Below, piece after piece: positions 14,837 to 28,989 of a stretch of DNA of 64,000 bases. A model generated the notes under the pieces. That model saw only the letters and a program-made list of their open reading frames with translations. It was not told the origin of the DNA and did no database searches. This DNA is from Octopus vulgaris (lineage: Eukaryota): positions 135,718,001 to 135,782,000 of the forward strand of contig OX597816.1 in NCBI GenBank assembly GCA_951406725.2. The letters are read 5' to 3'. Position 1 is the stretch's first letter. Each line of letters starts with the position of its first letter. Both the position numbers and the translations under genes were made by a program.

Positions 14837-14920
14837 GTGTGTATCATTGGCGATTTTCTTTCTCTGTTTTTCCTTCCTATGTTTCTGATGAAGAGCTCCA
14901 CTCTTTGTTCATGTTTGGAT

Positions 14921-14989
<69 letters not shown>

Positions 14990-15057
14990 AAATATGTACT
15001 TACATATCAGACCAAAAGAGTACGGGCGCCGCTATATATATATATATATGTATAAGT

Positions 15058-15484
15058 AAAAAAATACAAACTGGGATAAGAACACAAAACATTTAGAAGA
15101 CAATACAAAAAACACGCACAGGACATTCGAAGCCTTCAATCTTCAGTCAAGAACCGGATCATCCTCGCAATTTTGGCTGATTAATCTTGAGATCGCTCCG
15201 ATCCGGCCAGCCCCAAGGAAAAACTAAGCTACGAGCATTAGATTTCTTGGAAAAAGGATCGAATGTATACAAAACAGGGACAGAAAAACGGACGATGCCA
15301 CACGAATATAAATACAAAAAGCAATAATAGTAATAACAGGACAAAAACAGCGGGTGTCTTATGACTATAGACAGTACAACTTAGTTTAGCTGGCGTATTT
15401 GGAAAAAATGCCTTTTTCGGCAGATGAAGAAAACGATGTTCTCATGGCGGTGGTTGGAAGCCGAAAGGCTGGTTGACCAGCGGT

Positions 15485-15487
<3 letters not shown>
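15058..15487 (-). mobile_element. CpG-rich young repeat inserted in TA/CA microsatellite, possibly PLE pseudo-LTR-derived
   Basis: High CpG retention versus flanks; flanked by microsatellites; hammerhead-like core on the minus strand. Confidence 0.5.
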
Positions 15488-15523
<36 letters not shown>

Positions 15524-15970
15524 ACATACATATATATATATACACACATACACACACACACAAAATATATATGAAACTTTGTCTCTATAAATTTCTACTG
15601 TAAAATGTTCATAAAAAATATAATATACAAACACATACACACACACACAAAAAAAATCTCCCTGTTATCTATATAGTAAATATTTAGGCTGCCACTTGAA
15701 GTGTAATTAGATTATATTAAGATTTGATACAACTTTTGTGAATACTATAATAACATCAAGTCTCATTCTACTTCAAACAATGATTAGCTCATGCTGTTTT
15801 GTCAAGTATTGAGAAAAGATTTAGTGAGGCCATATTGCTGTGGAAAAATAATACCCAAGTCATTTGGACTTACATTACAGCTCACTAATCCCTTGTTATA
15901 TGATGAATGTTGCTTCAAAATTAGAATTTGAGAAATTTTTTTACTACAAATAGGTTTTAAATATTGTTAA

Positions 15971-16186
15971 ACCTTTAGCTTTCAGATTATTCTGTTAAAT
16001 GTAATGCTTCTTTATTGACATAGTTTTGAATTAACTATGCATTGTCTAGTAGCTTCAAGATTTCAATGATTTGGTTGTTTATTTTTAAAATGACACTGTG
16101 TAATAGGTGTGAGAGGCCAGAACTACTTTGAACACGAAACAAGTAGAATAGCTTGGCTAGACATGGCCAATTGAAATATTAAAGGG
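15971..16186. mobile_element. piggyBac-type MITE
   Basis: TTAA|ACCTTTAG...TAAAGGG|TTAA; TTAA target-site duplication at 15967-15970 and 16187-16190. Confidence 0.75.
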
Positions 16187-17127
16187 TTAAACTTAGTATT
16201 TGTAAGAGGTGTGATAGTTCAAGCAGTGTTTCAATATTTGTAAGTAGAGAAGAAGGTATGATGAAGTGGGTGTCCTTTTCTATGAGATGTGTTGTATTTG
16301 TTTAGATGGAATTGTTTAGACCCTGTTTGGTGAAAATGTGAACATTCACTGGCATGCAGTAGTGAAGTTGAATGTGGATAAAAACCTATGAAAAAGAAGT
16401 AAAGAATAATATTCTTTGTAGAGATTGTGTATAGTTAGAAATGGTCACGAGGAAGTTGTAAAGAAATAGGAGAAAGAATAAGACAGTTGATGAATGAGTT
16501 CTAGTGACACATAATCATTTAGCATATGTTTTCCATGCTGGCATGAGTAGGATGGCTTGATAGAAGCTGGTCAGCTGAAGAGTTGCCCAAGCTTCATTTG
16601 TCTGTTTTGGCACAGTTTGTAGTGTTGGATGTCCTTCCTAACATCAACCACTTTACAGAGTGTACTGGATGCTTTTCATGTGGCACCAGCCTCCACGAGG
16701 CAACAAGATTAGGATTGCTCAACCAAAGAGGGATGTAAGGGACATGCCTTTATGCAAAGACAACCATGATTTTACTTGTCCTGAGTGCAGGCTTCATCCA
16801 GGTGGAAAGTGATGGATGATTCCAAACTATAATATAACAACTGGTTTTGTTGATATTAAAAACAACTTTACTTCTGGTAAAAGAACATAAGATCAATGAT
16901 GGAAAATTTCAAGGCTTTCAATGGATCTGGTACTGTGGAACTAATAGTAATGGTTCCTCAGGATTGAAATACCTAAAATCAATAGGTCTTAAGATTGTGT
17001 ATGTAGGTCAGTCAGCTTGTTAAAACTAAATACAATAAGGCATTTTGTCTGATGTTCTAAAAAGTCTTGACTATGATTGTATCAACATAACATAGTTTTC
17101 ATTAGTAATATATTTGGAACAAAGAAG

Positions 17128-17645
17128 GTGGCAAGCTGGCAGATTCGTTAGCATGCTGGGCAAAATGCTTAGTAATATTTCATCATCATCATTGTTTAGC
17201 ATCCGCTTTCCATGCTGGCAGAGGTTGGACAGCTTGACTGAGGTCAGGAGAGCCAGCATCTGCACCGGGCTCCCATCTGACCTGGCATTACTTCTACAGC
17301 TGGATGCCCTTCCTAACACCAACCACTACAAGAGTGTAGTGGGTGCTTTTTACATACCACATGCACAGGATCCAGTCAGGTGGGCTTGGCATCGATCACG
17401 TTCAGTTGGTGCATTACAGGAACCACTCTGGGGATACTGGCATCAGCCACATTCAGTTGGTGCTTTTTACATGCCACTGGCATGGGAGCCAGTCAGGACT
17501 CTGAATTCAAATTCCACCAAGGTAGACTTTGCCTTTTATCCTTTCAGGGTCGATGAAATAAGTACCAGTTGAGCACTGGGGTTGAAGTAAGTGACTTGCT
17601 CCTCCCCCAAAATTGCTAACCTAGTTCCAAAATTTGAAACCAATA
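17128..17645 (+). mobile_element. SINE family B split by an antisense RTE 3'UTR insertion (17181-17497)
   Basis: B head ends at AATATTT, (CAT)n plus RTE 3'UTR follows, then B resumes at CTGAATTCAAATTCC. Confidence 0.8.
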
Positions 17646-18169
17646 TATTTGGAACAAAGTCACAAATTTTGGTGGATAGGTTGTAGTTGATTTAAATTAC
17701 TTCAGTAAATGATTAGTGCTTATTTTATTAACTCTAGAATAATTAAAAGCAATATTGGCATCAGTGGGATTTGAACTCAGAATGTAAAAGACAAAATTTA
17801 ATTAAAAGGCAAATCCATAATTATAATTACAGAGATGTACTTGCATAGAAAGTGACCTGACCTGAGATCATGTGCTTGAACAAAAACAATTGCAGTGTGG
17901 AAGGTGTTTATAAGCCATTTAAGAAACACACAAAAACCATTAGATTCACTTCAACATTTAAATTTAATTTGTCAAAATATTTTTGCCACTTTGAGACCAC
18001 GACATGTTCACTAACAAAATTCAGTGCTGCATCTCTTGTTCATAATTATAATATTATAGTGATAATGTCACAATTCTATAATTACAATATAAATATTAAA
18101 TATAATATTTCCAAAAGGAAGAACTGCATGCACACAAGCTTCAACCCACAGCCTCCCACCTCATAGCTA

Positions 18170-18480
18170 CGTGTCACATGTGCTGGTATGGACATGTCCT
18201 CCATCTCCCCTAGATCATCCTACCAGGGCTTCAGCAGCTGCAGACTAGAGGAGGCCTTGTAGCAGACCCTGCACCAGATGGCTGGATGTGATTGGAGAAG
18301 ATCTCTAGCAGCTCAATGTCACCTTGGAAAACGCAGAAGGGCTGGCACAAGACTGCCAGTGGTGGGGAGCACTGGTAGACCTGATCAGCTCTATGCATGA
18401 TGACATCTCTGGGATTACTAAGCTGGGATGACCCCAGCCTCATCAAGCAAGAGCATGAAACAAGCAAGCAAAAAGGAGAA
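18170..18480 (+). mobile_element. RTE-like ORF C-terminal fragment
   Basis: GRPCSRPCTRWLDVIGEDL*QLNV...AQD..W. Confidence 0.6.
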
Positions 18481-18699
18481 ATCACAACACTCCACATAAA
18501 CCACTTTTTTTTCACAACACAAATGTAATTGCTTTCTCCTTGTTTTTAATCTGCTATAGAAAATTGAGAGTTGATACTATCATTCATGAAACACTTACCA
18601 GTTTCATTGACCTTTCATAAATTTTACTGGAGATCAGAATTACATTTTCTGCCTGCACTTTCTACCTCAGGGGATTCTGACAGAAGATAATTAGGGATT

Positions 18700-19930
18700 T
18701 ATTTGAACAGAAAGGTTCTGGCCTCAACTATCTCAACTGCACGGTCTCTTTTATCCTAACTCCCAGGCATAAAAATACCACCTTTCTTTAACAATTTTCA
18801 TTGTTAAAGGTAGGTGGTGGAAAATATTTTACTTTGAATGTGGAGAACAACTCAATTCTTTTCCAGTAGTTCTTTACAAATATATGTCTTACCAGCTCTT
18901 AGCATATGGTAGCCTCAGTGCAAGTATGTGCATGATGAGATCCCTATGATGTGAGTCGAAGATGGTATATGAACTTTCTGAACCATGGTATTGTAGCTTT
19001 TACAAAAAAGCAGAGGTGTGGGAACGCCAGTTTAGTCAGATCATCCTTGGAATGAAGTTTGGTTGTTAAATTATTGTGCAAAACCAGTGATGTATCTGTT
19101 GACTGTGTTCAGTCCTGCATTTCAGTAACAGCTTCCTCTTAGTTCATTTTCTGAGGGAAAAATTATCACTTTGTTAATTTTTCATACTTCTACAATTAGA
19201 AGACTAGGAAAACCAAGCCCTCAAAAAATGTTACCAGACAATTGGTACAACAATTGTTTATTGGTAAGGACTTACCTTCCAGCTGTTCAGACAAGAGTTC
19301 ACCAATTCCCCACCCACTTTTAAAAAATTTTTTTGTGCTTGTATTGTCTGCTTGCATTCAGCATGTTTGATACAATATTTCAATTTTGGAGGTGTGTGAC
19401 ACCATGATTGTTATATCATCTATGTAAACAAATTCCACATTTTCTTCCATTTTAAGTGGGATGTTTCTTGTAATATTCAACTTATCAGTAGAGGTACAAA
19501 GATCAATATGTACAAAAAAAAAAAAAAATGAGAGTATAAATTGTGACTGAGCCATAATTGGATGCTGAGTACCTTTATGTTGCTGTTAGCTTAAACCATA
19601 AAATAACTGTTGCCATTGTGAAAATTAGTCATCCACTTGCAGAGCAAGTGAATGCTTTTGAACTGATCAAATTGATCAGGACCCCTAACAAAATCTCAAC
19701 TATTCTCTTCCCTCACTGTTATGTATATTGATGCGAAAGTTGCCAAGATGAATATATCTGGAAGTGCACAAGTTTCTGCACTTCCAGTAGACAAACATCT
19801 ACTTCTGTGTCAGTACTTTAATTTTGTATTTAGCAGAGTTATGGGTCTGAAGTTTATCTCTTTCTCATCAGTACTGCCATACAACAAGGCATGCTCCCAG
19901 TCTTCTGCTAAACAAATATATTTTCAAACT
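18700..19930 (-). mobile_element. Old L2/CR1-like LINE reverse-transcriptase remnant
   Basis: Minus FVYIDDITI (YxDD motif) preceded by a ...FVHIDL segment; heavily decayed. Confidence 0.5.
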
Positions 19931-20278
19931 CTCGAGTCTTTCAGATACTCACAGAAAATTAACACCACAAGATACAGCACATATATTATACAGAGTTCTG
20001 CTTATATATATATGAAAATTCAAAAGCAGGAAAAAAAAACATGTATATATCAAAGGCAAACAGTGTTGTGTTGAGTTGAGCAGTGAATGAACACTAAACA
20101 AAACTACTGGAAGAAAAAATGCATTGTAACATAGGCACAAGGTCACATTTTAAGGATATGTTGTTATAATTGTCTCCAGTATCTGACTATCACTTACTTT
20201 ACTGACCTCCCCACCCACCAAAAAAAGAAAAATGAAACACAACCTTGGAGACACTTGAAATCAGTATGAGAAGAGATT

Positions 20279-20440
20279 AACTAAATATTACAAGGCAATA
20301 TGTTCGGTACTCTCTGAATATTTGTTTGCTTATTATATCTAATATAGTTCATGCAACTAAATATTACAAGACAAAATGTTCGGTACTCTTTGAATATTTG
20401 TTTGCTTATTATATCTAATATAGTTCATGCACTAAATATT
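20279..20440. repeat. 76-bp tandem duplication (2.1 copies)
   Basis: AACTAAATATTACAAG...TAGTTCATGC at 20279-20354 and 20355-20430. Confidence 0.9.
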
Positions 20441-20569
20441 TTAGAATAAAGAATTGTCCCACATCTTTTTAAACCTCAATAGTGGTACAATTAGATTTAC
20501 ATAATTTTTTAAAAGTTGTTGGAAACCACACACACACACACATATTACTATATATATATATATATATAT

Positions 20570-20632
<63 letters not shown>

Positions 20633-20859
20633 TTTACATAAATTGATTTTGATAAATTAATTATAGTCAGCTTTTCTATTGTTTTTAATTTATACTTGAG
20701 GTACAGTTATAAAAAAAATTTTGTCAATATTCATTTCACAATTTGCTTTCTAATAATAATAATAATAATAATAACTTGAATACTGATTTCATCAACAAAT
20801 CACTTATATGAAGAAATAATCTCTATTCTATAAAAATTTACACAGAAATCAATCATTGT

Positions 20860-21306
20860 TTGAAAGATTGCGCAAAAGAATTATTCAAGTCTGAAAGTTT
20901 CCCCAATTTATTGAAATAATAAACTAGACATTCGAAGACTTGAGTAGAACCGCTGATTACTGCGCAGGCGTACAGGAAGTTGATAATTTTTTTTTTTTTT
21001 GATAAGTTGTCGCCGACGTTGAATGGTTTTTTTTTCGGTGTCAACTGTTCCGCTGCTGACACCATCTTATCATCACTGTTTGCAGTGCTTTGTCTATCAT
21101 TTTGCAGCTGGCTGAAACGTTTAGGGTTAGAATATTTCTGCTTGGTGTCGAAACGATTTTGTTGTGGTTATTCTTTTCCCTGGTTTCTATTTTTACTCTC
21201 CCCTATACATCTACCCATATATTAACGGATAACCCTGCGTTGGATCCTTTATAGCCGTATCAGTTTCTCCCTCGTAAAGAAGGAGTACAACATTTCCAAA
21301 CAACTT
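20860..21306 (+). promoter_or_regulatory. Promoter/5'UTR of the LPCAT-like gene with NRF1-like and ETS motifs
   Basis: Abrupt rise in CpG. TGCGCAGGCGTA (20961-20972, NRF1-like) abuts CAGGAAGT (20973-20980, ETS), ~330 bp upstream of the ATG. Confidence 0.6.
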
Positions 21307-21372
21307 ATGGTTGAACCCATGAAAAACCCCTTCGTCCACAGACTCAATCTTGGACCTGTGGATGTAATAAAG
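21307..21372 (+). CDS. LPCAT: LPCAT1/2-like lysophosphatidylcholine acyltransferase, coding exon 1 (MVEPMKNPFVHRLNLGPVDVIK)
   Basis: First ATG after an in-frame TAA (21223-21225). NPFVHxLxL matches the N-terminal motif of LPCAT1/2. Ends AAG|GTTAGT donor, phase 0. Not in the ORF track. The ATG at 21319 is an alternative start. Confidence 0.85.
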
Positions 21373-22229
21373 GTTAGTTGTTGAATTATTATTTACCACT
21401 ACATCTCTATTTATATTTTCGTCTGCTGTTTTGTTTTTAAATTGCATATAAAAATTCCATCATGCTTGTAAATTATGTATATATATATATATCATGTTAT
21501 CAGGAAATTGATTAATAGACGCCTTTGCTTGGGAACCCTTAACATTTACATTTAATATGCATTGCTTCAATCTTCTGTCCACCGGTTAAACATAATCTAT
21601 CCGAAATTAATCTGTAATAAGTCAATCTACATCAAACTCATACAGTGCACGACAGGATTCAATTGACATGCGATGCTACTTCCATAAGGAATATCAGTTT
21701 ATTGGAGTCTTGTAATTGTGTGAAAGTGTCAACAATGTTTCTTTAGATTTCTTTCTTAGAATTTAAACTTAACAAGTGTAACGGCAAATGCCGACATGTT
21801 GGAATTAGTGTTGGTGCTTTCAAAAATGCTTGTAGAGTCTAACCTAAGGCAACGTACATCTGACATGGTGCAGTAATTATTTATATTCTCTGAAATTGTA
21901 TGTAAATACCTTGAATTTTAAGAAAACTCTGTAGAGATGGTTTTCTGTATACCCCAAACTCTTTGATCGATTCAGTGCGTAGTGCACGAGAATCTACGGT
22001 CAAGGATAAAAGGTTTCGTTTTTCTTTTTACTTCGTATTAAGAAAAAGATTTTTAAAAAAAACAAAAAAAAAAAAACAGATTCCCCTCCCTTAAAACCCG
22101 ATATCTGTGTAATGAAAATTTAGTTTTACTTTTAGTGGGACATTAAAGTAATTTCTAACTTCTCAATCGGCAGTAGGTGATATAGCAGAAGTCCGCGGCA
22201 ACCGATTGGAACGGGTTGGATAGGATCTT

Positions 22230-22385
22230 CATGTAGAATCAGAAAGATGTCCTGCATCACCAAGACAACGCATGTGATATGCTTGATGCAGCAAAAAGAT
22301 CATGGACTTATGTTGGGAAATTCTCCACCTATCATGTTCTCAAGAAATGGCACCATCTATCTGATGACCATACTTTGCTACATCA
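22230..22385 (+). mobile_element. Mariner transposase fragment
   Basis: VLHHQDNA...WEILH...MAPS, decayed HDNARPH/SPDLAPSD motifs. Confidence 0.5.
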
Positions 22386-22590
22386 TCATCTTTAATGTGA
22401 AAATAGCATGCTAATGTTAAGATATTAGAAAAAGAGGTTGTGCTTAAAAACATTTTAATTAGCAAGGCAGCCAAAACCTAAATGAAATCTGTGAAATCGT
22501 TAGTTGAAAGAACATAAACTTTAAGAAAGAATTTTTATTCGCTTATAAGTTGATTTTTAAAAAATTTCTTGAGTTATGATATTCTCTGGC

Positions 22591-22644
<54 letters not shown>

Positions 22645-25600
22645 TCATTCATCACTGCTCAGAGTTTTGCGTTCCTATTTTCTTTTCCTTTTTCACAGAA
22701 CGAGTTGGGGGGGACATGAAACAAGGAGCGTCATCGTCGTTGAATAAATGAATTAACTTTATTTCATGTATTGAGTACTTTTTCCTGTTTATATAAGAAC
22801 ACGCATATACGTACGCACACACAATTCGAGTCTCTATATTTAATATATGATTTTTTTAGGTTTTTAAATTCGTAAAAAGAAAAAAAAGTTTGTTATTCGT
22901 TGCTATTGTTATATCGAAAGTGTTTCTATATCATGTGTTAAGGCTGCATCGGAGCACATAGTCAAGTGGTTTAATCTGTAATTAAACTACATATTACTGT
23001 CAGTAAACGAAAAGAAGGGGTTGTGATTAGTCCTGAGCTTCTCTCTAAAGTGACATCATCTTATAATTGTGATCAAGTCATCAGTTGTGTCGAGTGCAGA
23101 CCCCATCAGGCCATCATTTCAGTGTCATCTGATATCTGTCCAATGCTAATTCTGTTTCCACTTCCTCTTTTCCTATGCACTTCTGTCTTTACCGGCAGTT
23201 ATTTCTTTTCATTCTTCTTTCTTTTGCAACTCTCTTTAATTCAAGTGTGTTATATCGAGTATTTATCATTTTCTTTCAACAATTATTGCTCACAATGGTT
23301 TATTAAGTACTAATTTTTCCCAGACATTAAGATTGTCGATGATCAAATGTTATATTTATTACATTAGATTTTATAAATATTTAGTTATTTTTTCGTAATT
23401 TCTTATCAGTAGATTTGGTTTTAATAATGCTTCTTACAAAGCTTTATCGCGCAAATGATGCTTGTCTGCAAAACTGAATGTTAATTTTTGCTCATTAAAA
23501 CTTCGTATAATGAGGCATTATATGTTGTGTATGTGTGTGTGTGTATAGATAGATAGATAGATAGATAGATCGGTTCATTAAGAAAATATTCAAGGAGAAA
23601 CTTGAAATGTTCATAATTAAACCAAGGATAATCTTTAATCGGCATATACGGTCAAAATAATTTCTATACTAAATCTAACGTCGCTGAGATGTTCTTTAGG
23701 CTAGATTTTATTTTAAAAACACTCGAGTTATATAACATACATTTCCTTGGTTTAATCTCATCTCCAACGCTTTTTTGAACTAAACTATTTAAAATATTTA
23801 TTGGCATTTCTTTCGTAATTGCTACAAATTAAAGCATCATATGCGACAAGATGTTATGAGCCTACTCACACAAACACTACTCTAGCTGAGGATTTTCCTC
23901 ATCTTTTATTTTGTTTTCCGATCTCAATTGTGACGCCACATATGTTCGCACGCACATTTACATACAACGAACGCACACCATTCTATACGCACGCACATCT
24001 CGTGTGTTCACAAGCAGAAAACCTGCTGTAAATAAAAGCAAGAACACGCATGCGTATTTCTGCTTGTATCCCCCTTATGCACTTTAAATTTTTCTCTGTT
24101 GAAATAGCTGAAAACTTTTCTCGGTACACGCTTTACACACACACACACACGTGTAAATATGATCCAGGGATCCGAGTTAGGAAGTTTGTAAACTCCAAGC
24201 AATAAACGGGTAGATAGAGAACAAATTCATATTTATCGTATGCTGTCCAATTTTTGTTCTCTATACTAGCCGTATATATATATTTATACTTTCATCAGGA
24301 AAACCACTTTTTTTTTAACACATTCTTTTAATTCTGAATTGTTTTTGATAAATTTGAAATATACATGAATATTTTAGCTATTAGTACAAAAAGGAGCATC
24401 AAGATTTGACATTTACTAAAGACGTTTGTTAATTAAAAATATAAACGCATTAAGGAAATGTACTTCTATTATTTTACCAGTCGCTTGTATACGCTGTGTC
24501 GGCCCTTCCTTTATTTTAGGTTATACGTGTCCTTTTGTTGTGAATGAGTCGTGAATTGAACAGGTGTTCACGATAAACCTAGGCGTTGGCAAACAATCAA
24601 CAACACAAAGTTGAAAGTGAAAGGAAAACCAATTGGAGGAAAACTGCAAGTACATAAACGGAACAATAATTTGTCATTCATGCAGATCGGACATTACCCC
24701 ATGAGGCTCTCCTAAAATGTGCATTGTCCATGCCCCTTTGCTTTATTTCTTTTTAACATTAAAAAAAAAATCCTATGACTATTGTATACTTTTGTAAGCC
24801 ATAAAAAAATTTTCTAAAGAGAATAGTAACAAATACGTTTTTTTTCTGTAGTTTCGCTAATATTTAATCCGACAAACCCAGAAAAAAAGAATAAAGAACT
24901 GAGCTTATTTTTAGACCTTAATCTCTAATGTGTAATGAACTATCTTTTCAATAGATTGATTTATTTTACTAGGATGCTATTGTCTAGATTATTGATTTTT
25001 GTTGAATAGGTTAGGTGGGATTTCCGACAACTTATTGGTAAATAATTTGACCGTTGATGTTAAGAGGGATGAGAATATATCTATTACTCTTGTTAGAGGT
25101 TAGTGGGCTGAATAAATTTGTTGGTATTATGTAAAATGTGTTTTCTGCTGGTCATGTTGATGTTAGATCTTGAGAACTTGACATTTCGAAACTTTAGAAT
25201 GGTAGCTATATTTAAGGGATTTGCTGCAATTACAGTAAAAAAAAATCCGATTGATTTGGTTACTGAATAAACGTTATTTATATTTGGACATAGGTCAAGT
25301 AAAACCAAATCTAATTGGTCTTCATAGCTGCTTTCTCATCATAAATTATATATTGATTTTATTATTAAATTTGTATATATTTTTAAGGCTAAAATTAACT
25401 ATCTCAATCCTTATTGCAACTTAAAAGGGTTCAGTAATCTCATCCTCCATCCTGCTCTCTCAAAACACACTAAGTTCCAATTTATCTCATTTTAGTAACA
25501 GTTACACTTTTTCCAATTAGGACAAATTGGAAAGTTCTTAATGTCATATATTTCCTTGTATTTTTTCCTTTTTTCTCCTTGTCTTTAGTTTACAATAAAA

Positions 25601-26372
25601 ATCTCAACCCATTGTTATATGTGTGGCTTCCTTCAGTTAGCTAATTTTTGTAAGGCATTATTATACTCTTTGCTATTGGCTTTCTGCTAACTCTTTTAAA
25701 CCCTACTTTACTATCAATTTATACTTTTAAGAAAGCTCAAATAAAAGTCCCTAATTGTTTCAGCTTTGTAATTAGATATTCTCATTCTGTTCTTTATGCA
25801 ATAAATTCACCATTTGCACAATCAGTTGAATATCTTAAGTTACATTGGATTCTCCAGTGACAAACTCTATTGGAAGAAAATTTATTTGAATTTTATTCTG
25901 TAATTGTTACATACACCATACATAATGAAATAGTCATTATGTATACCTATTGACATGACTCGTAATCTTGTGATATATATTTATAGTGGTTTTCATTAAT
26001 GTTTCAGACATAGAATTCCATTTCTTTGTCTTCTAACAGAATTTCATGTCTGGTTGTCTACAAATAACTTAACGTGTAAAATTCTACAATTTAGCAAGAC
26101 TTTTGTCCAGTGTTTTATTCAGCAATTTACTTCACAGAACATGTTCCTTTTTCTAGTGAACAAGTTTGACAGTGTACTTCATTTCACTCTCTCTACACAT
26201 TTCATGTACACTACCTCTTTAACCATTCCCATTGCCATATTTTTTTAATTCTCTGTATGTTAACTGAACATTAAGAAATTTATATGAATATTTTATTAAC
26301 AACTGATAAATTGGCTGCTGAGAGTTTATGTAAATAAAGGCTTTATAAGCATCAGTTTGAGATAGAAAAGAA

Positions 26373-26757
26373 TGGCTGTGTGGTAAGTAGCTTGCTTACC
26401 AACCACATAGTTCCGGGTTCAGTCCCACTGCATGGCATCTTAGGCAAGTGTCTTCTGCTATAGCCTTGGGCCGACCAATGCCTTGTGAGTGGATTTGGTA
26501 GACGGAAACTGAAAGAAGCCTGTCGTATATATGTATGTGTGTGTATATGTTTGTGTTTCTGTGTTTGTCCCCCCAACATCACTTGACAACCAATGCTGGT
26601 GTGTTTACGTCCCCGTCACCTAGCAGTTCGGCAAAAGAGACCGATAGAATAAGTACTGGGCTTACAAAGAATAAGTCCCGGAGTCGATTTGCTCGACTTA
26701 AGGTGGTGCTCTAGCATGGCCGCAGTCAAATGACTGAAACAAGTAAAAAGAGAAAGA
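26373..26757 (+). mobile_element. SINE family A, full length, young
   Basis: Intact head, body and tail with CpGs retained. Confidence 0.9.
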
Positions 26758-28989
26758 GACTGCTTTCATTGTAGCATTGATCAAAAATCTAATTAAGGTG
26801 ACTACCTGCTCAATTATGTTTTACCGTTTATATTAGTCAAGCTGGTGTCCTCATTTTCATTGTTGTTTTCACTTCATTTTGTCTATTGTATGATTCAACC
26901 TTCTTTGGGTGGATTTTGTGACATTTTTTTGCTTCAGTTTTATTGTGTGAATTACCTTAATGTCTTGCCTGGGATTGAATTCAGAACCTCTAGGTGACTG
27001 CACTGCATTAACCAATCTCTTTATCTATTACACATAGTAGATGAAATAAAGGTTTAGGTTTGAAATTCCAATACAACAACCGAGTTCAACACAAGACACT
27101 TGAAGGAAGCTAGAGCGTACAACAGCCAAAATGTAGTGAAAGCAACAATCAAGATGAGGACACTAGTCTGACTAATATAAACAGTATGCATAATATAAAT
27201 TCATCCTCTCAGAAATATAGAATTGTATTACTTGCTTAATATTGAAACTTGTTTATTCAGTTGAGTAAAATTTCTGAATGTGAAGGATCATCATCTTTTA
27301 ACGTCATCTATGATAGCATGGTTGAACAGTTCAACAGAATCCAATGTGTCTGAGGACTACATTGTGCTCCAATGTCTGCATTGCTTTGGTTTCTACAACT
27401 CTATGGCCTTCCTAATGTCAACCATTTTATAGTGTGTACTGGGTGCTTCTTTCATGACACCAGTGCTAGTGAGATCACCACGCAGGTCCCAAACTATGAT
27501 CACTGCAAAGAATGCAGCTGTATACATTGTCATCATTATACTAGATGAGTGGTTAATGTAAGAAAGAAGAGGCAGAACAGAACTCGATTTTTGATGTAGG
27601 GGAGCTACATGGCTACTCACATTATAGAAGAGAGGCTGGAATTAAGTGGGAAGGAGCCGGAAAGAGAACTAAGATAAAATAGTGATGAAGTGGACCCTTA
27701 GGGACAAGAAAGGGAATAGAAGTGATTGTTCACAGAACAGGGAGTGAGGGTGGGTAGAAGTTGCAGGGGTGTATGAGAAGAGTGAATGACGGTTAGTGAT
27801 GGGAATGGATGAAGGAGAGAACGTAATGATGAACAAGAGTTGGAAAGTGGTTGCTGATAAATAGATAGGGATGGTGGGGAAGAGTAGGTGATGACTAGAG
27901 ATTGGGTAAGATTGAGGGGTGGATGTGTTGCATAGTGGACAAAAGTAGAGGGGTGATTCATGTGAGATAGGGTAGGTTAGGTGATGACCGACAGTACAAA
28001 AGTGGGTAAAAGTAGCAGAATAGTAATAATATAGTACATAACGGTAGGATGAGAGAGAGGGAGCTGACATGTAGGGTGCATGAGAAAGTGAAGGAAGATA
28101 TAATAAGCAGTTCTACTCTCATTTAATTACAACAACAGAATATTGCAGTTACAAAGTTAATGGTGGGGACTTCACTGATAGACAAATGTTGGATGGTAGA
28201 GAAGGCTTGAGGAGGAATGCAGCTGTATATATTGTATTTCCAGGATCTCAGTTTCACTGAAATGGGTGGGTCTTCTTGAGCACCACATATCTCTAGTCCT
28301 CATGAATCTTTATCATCTTCTCTGTAAGGTTCAGAGTCTTGAGATCAGTTTTCCCTATGTCTTCCTAGATCTCATCCACAAGCTCTGTCCACCTTAAGTG
28401 ATCAGCACTTCTTCAAACAACTCTCCTCGTCCCTATGCATTGCATATCGGTGTAGTCTTCTTTCTTACATACTTTATAACAGTTTAGACAAGTTGGTTAT
28501 ACTCTTTTAATCCAGCACTAATCACAAAATGAAGATGTGTTGATACATCTGTATACACATGTGCCTATGCAACATATATTTTGCCATTTAACCTCATAAA
28601 CACAAATTACTGTTTTTCTCTTTTTTTTTCCCTCTCCAAAGACTTAAAACTGATTTTATGCATAATAATTGCATATCAATTTTTACTTGGGTATGATATA
28701 ATGAATACCTGCCACTGTGACTGATAAAGAAAGCATTATCAACCCTTTTAATATCAACCTGCTTGAAATTGTCCCTGCATCTCTCATACAAAACTCTTGT
28801 AGAAAATCTTGATTCAATTTGTAATATGTTTTTGATTTTTTTAAACCTCACTTTAGTTATTTTAGTATGAAGTACATATATTTTAAATTGATATTCATTT
28901 GTTTCAATTAAAAATTCAACCTGATGAGTTCATATATATGATTTAAATCATAATTCAGTTGTTTTATATTAAATTTATCTTAATTTGAA

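Noticed and set aside
16780-16990. Coding-looking stretch (…NDGKFQGFQWIWYCGT…)
   Set aside because: Stops in all + frames, no clean splice sites, no recognisable family.
17830-18036. Short element with AGAGATG/CATCTCT termini
   Set aside because: Likely a repeat, but the TSD is unclear and the class cannot be assigned.
21226-21306. Open frame upstream of the LPCAT ATG (possible N-terminal extension)
   Set aside because: No ATG or convincing acceptor after the in-frame stop; treated as 5'UTR.
27620-28100. GA-rich region with a 133-aa minus ORF
   Set aside because: Purine-rich low-complexity sequence; similar tract at 36400-36700.
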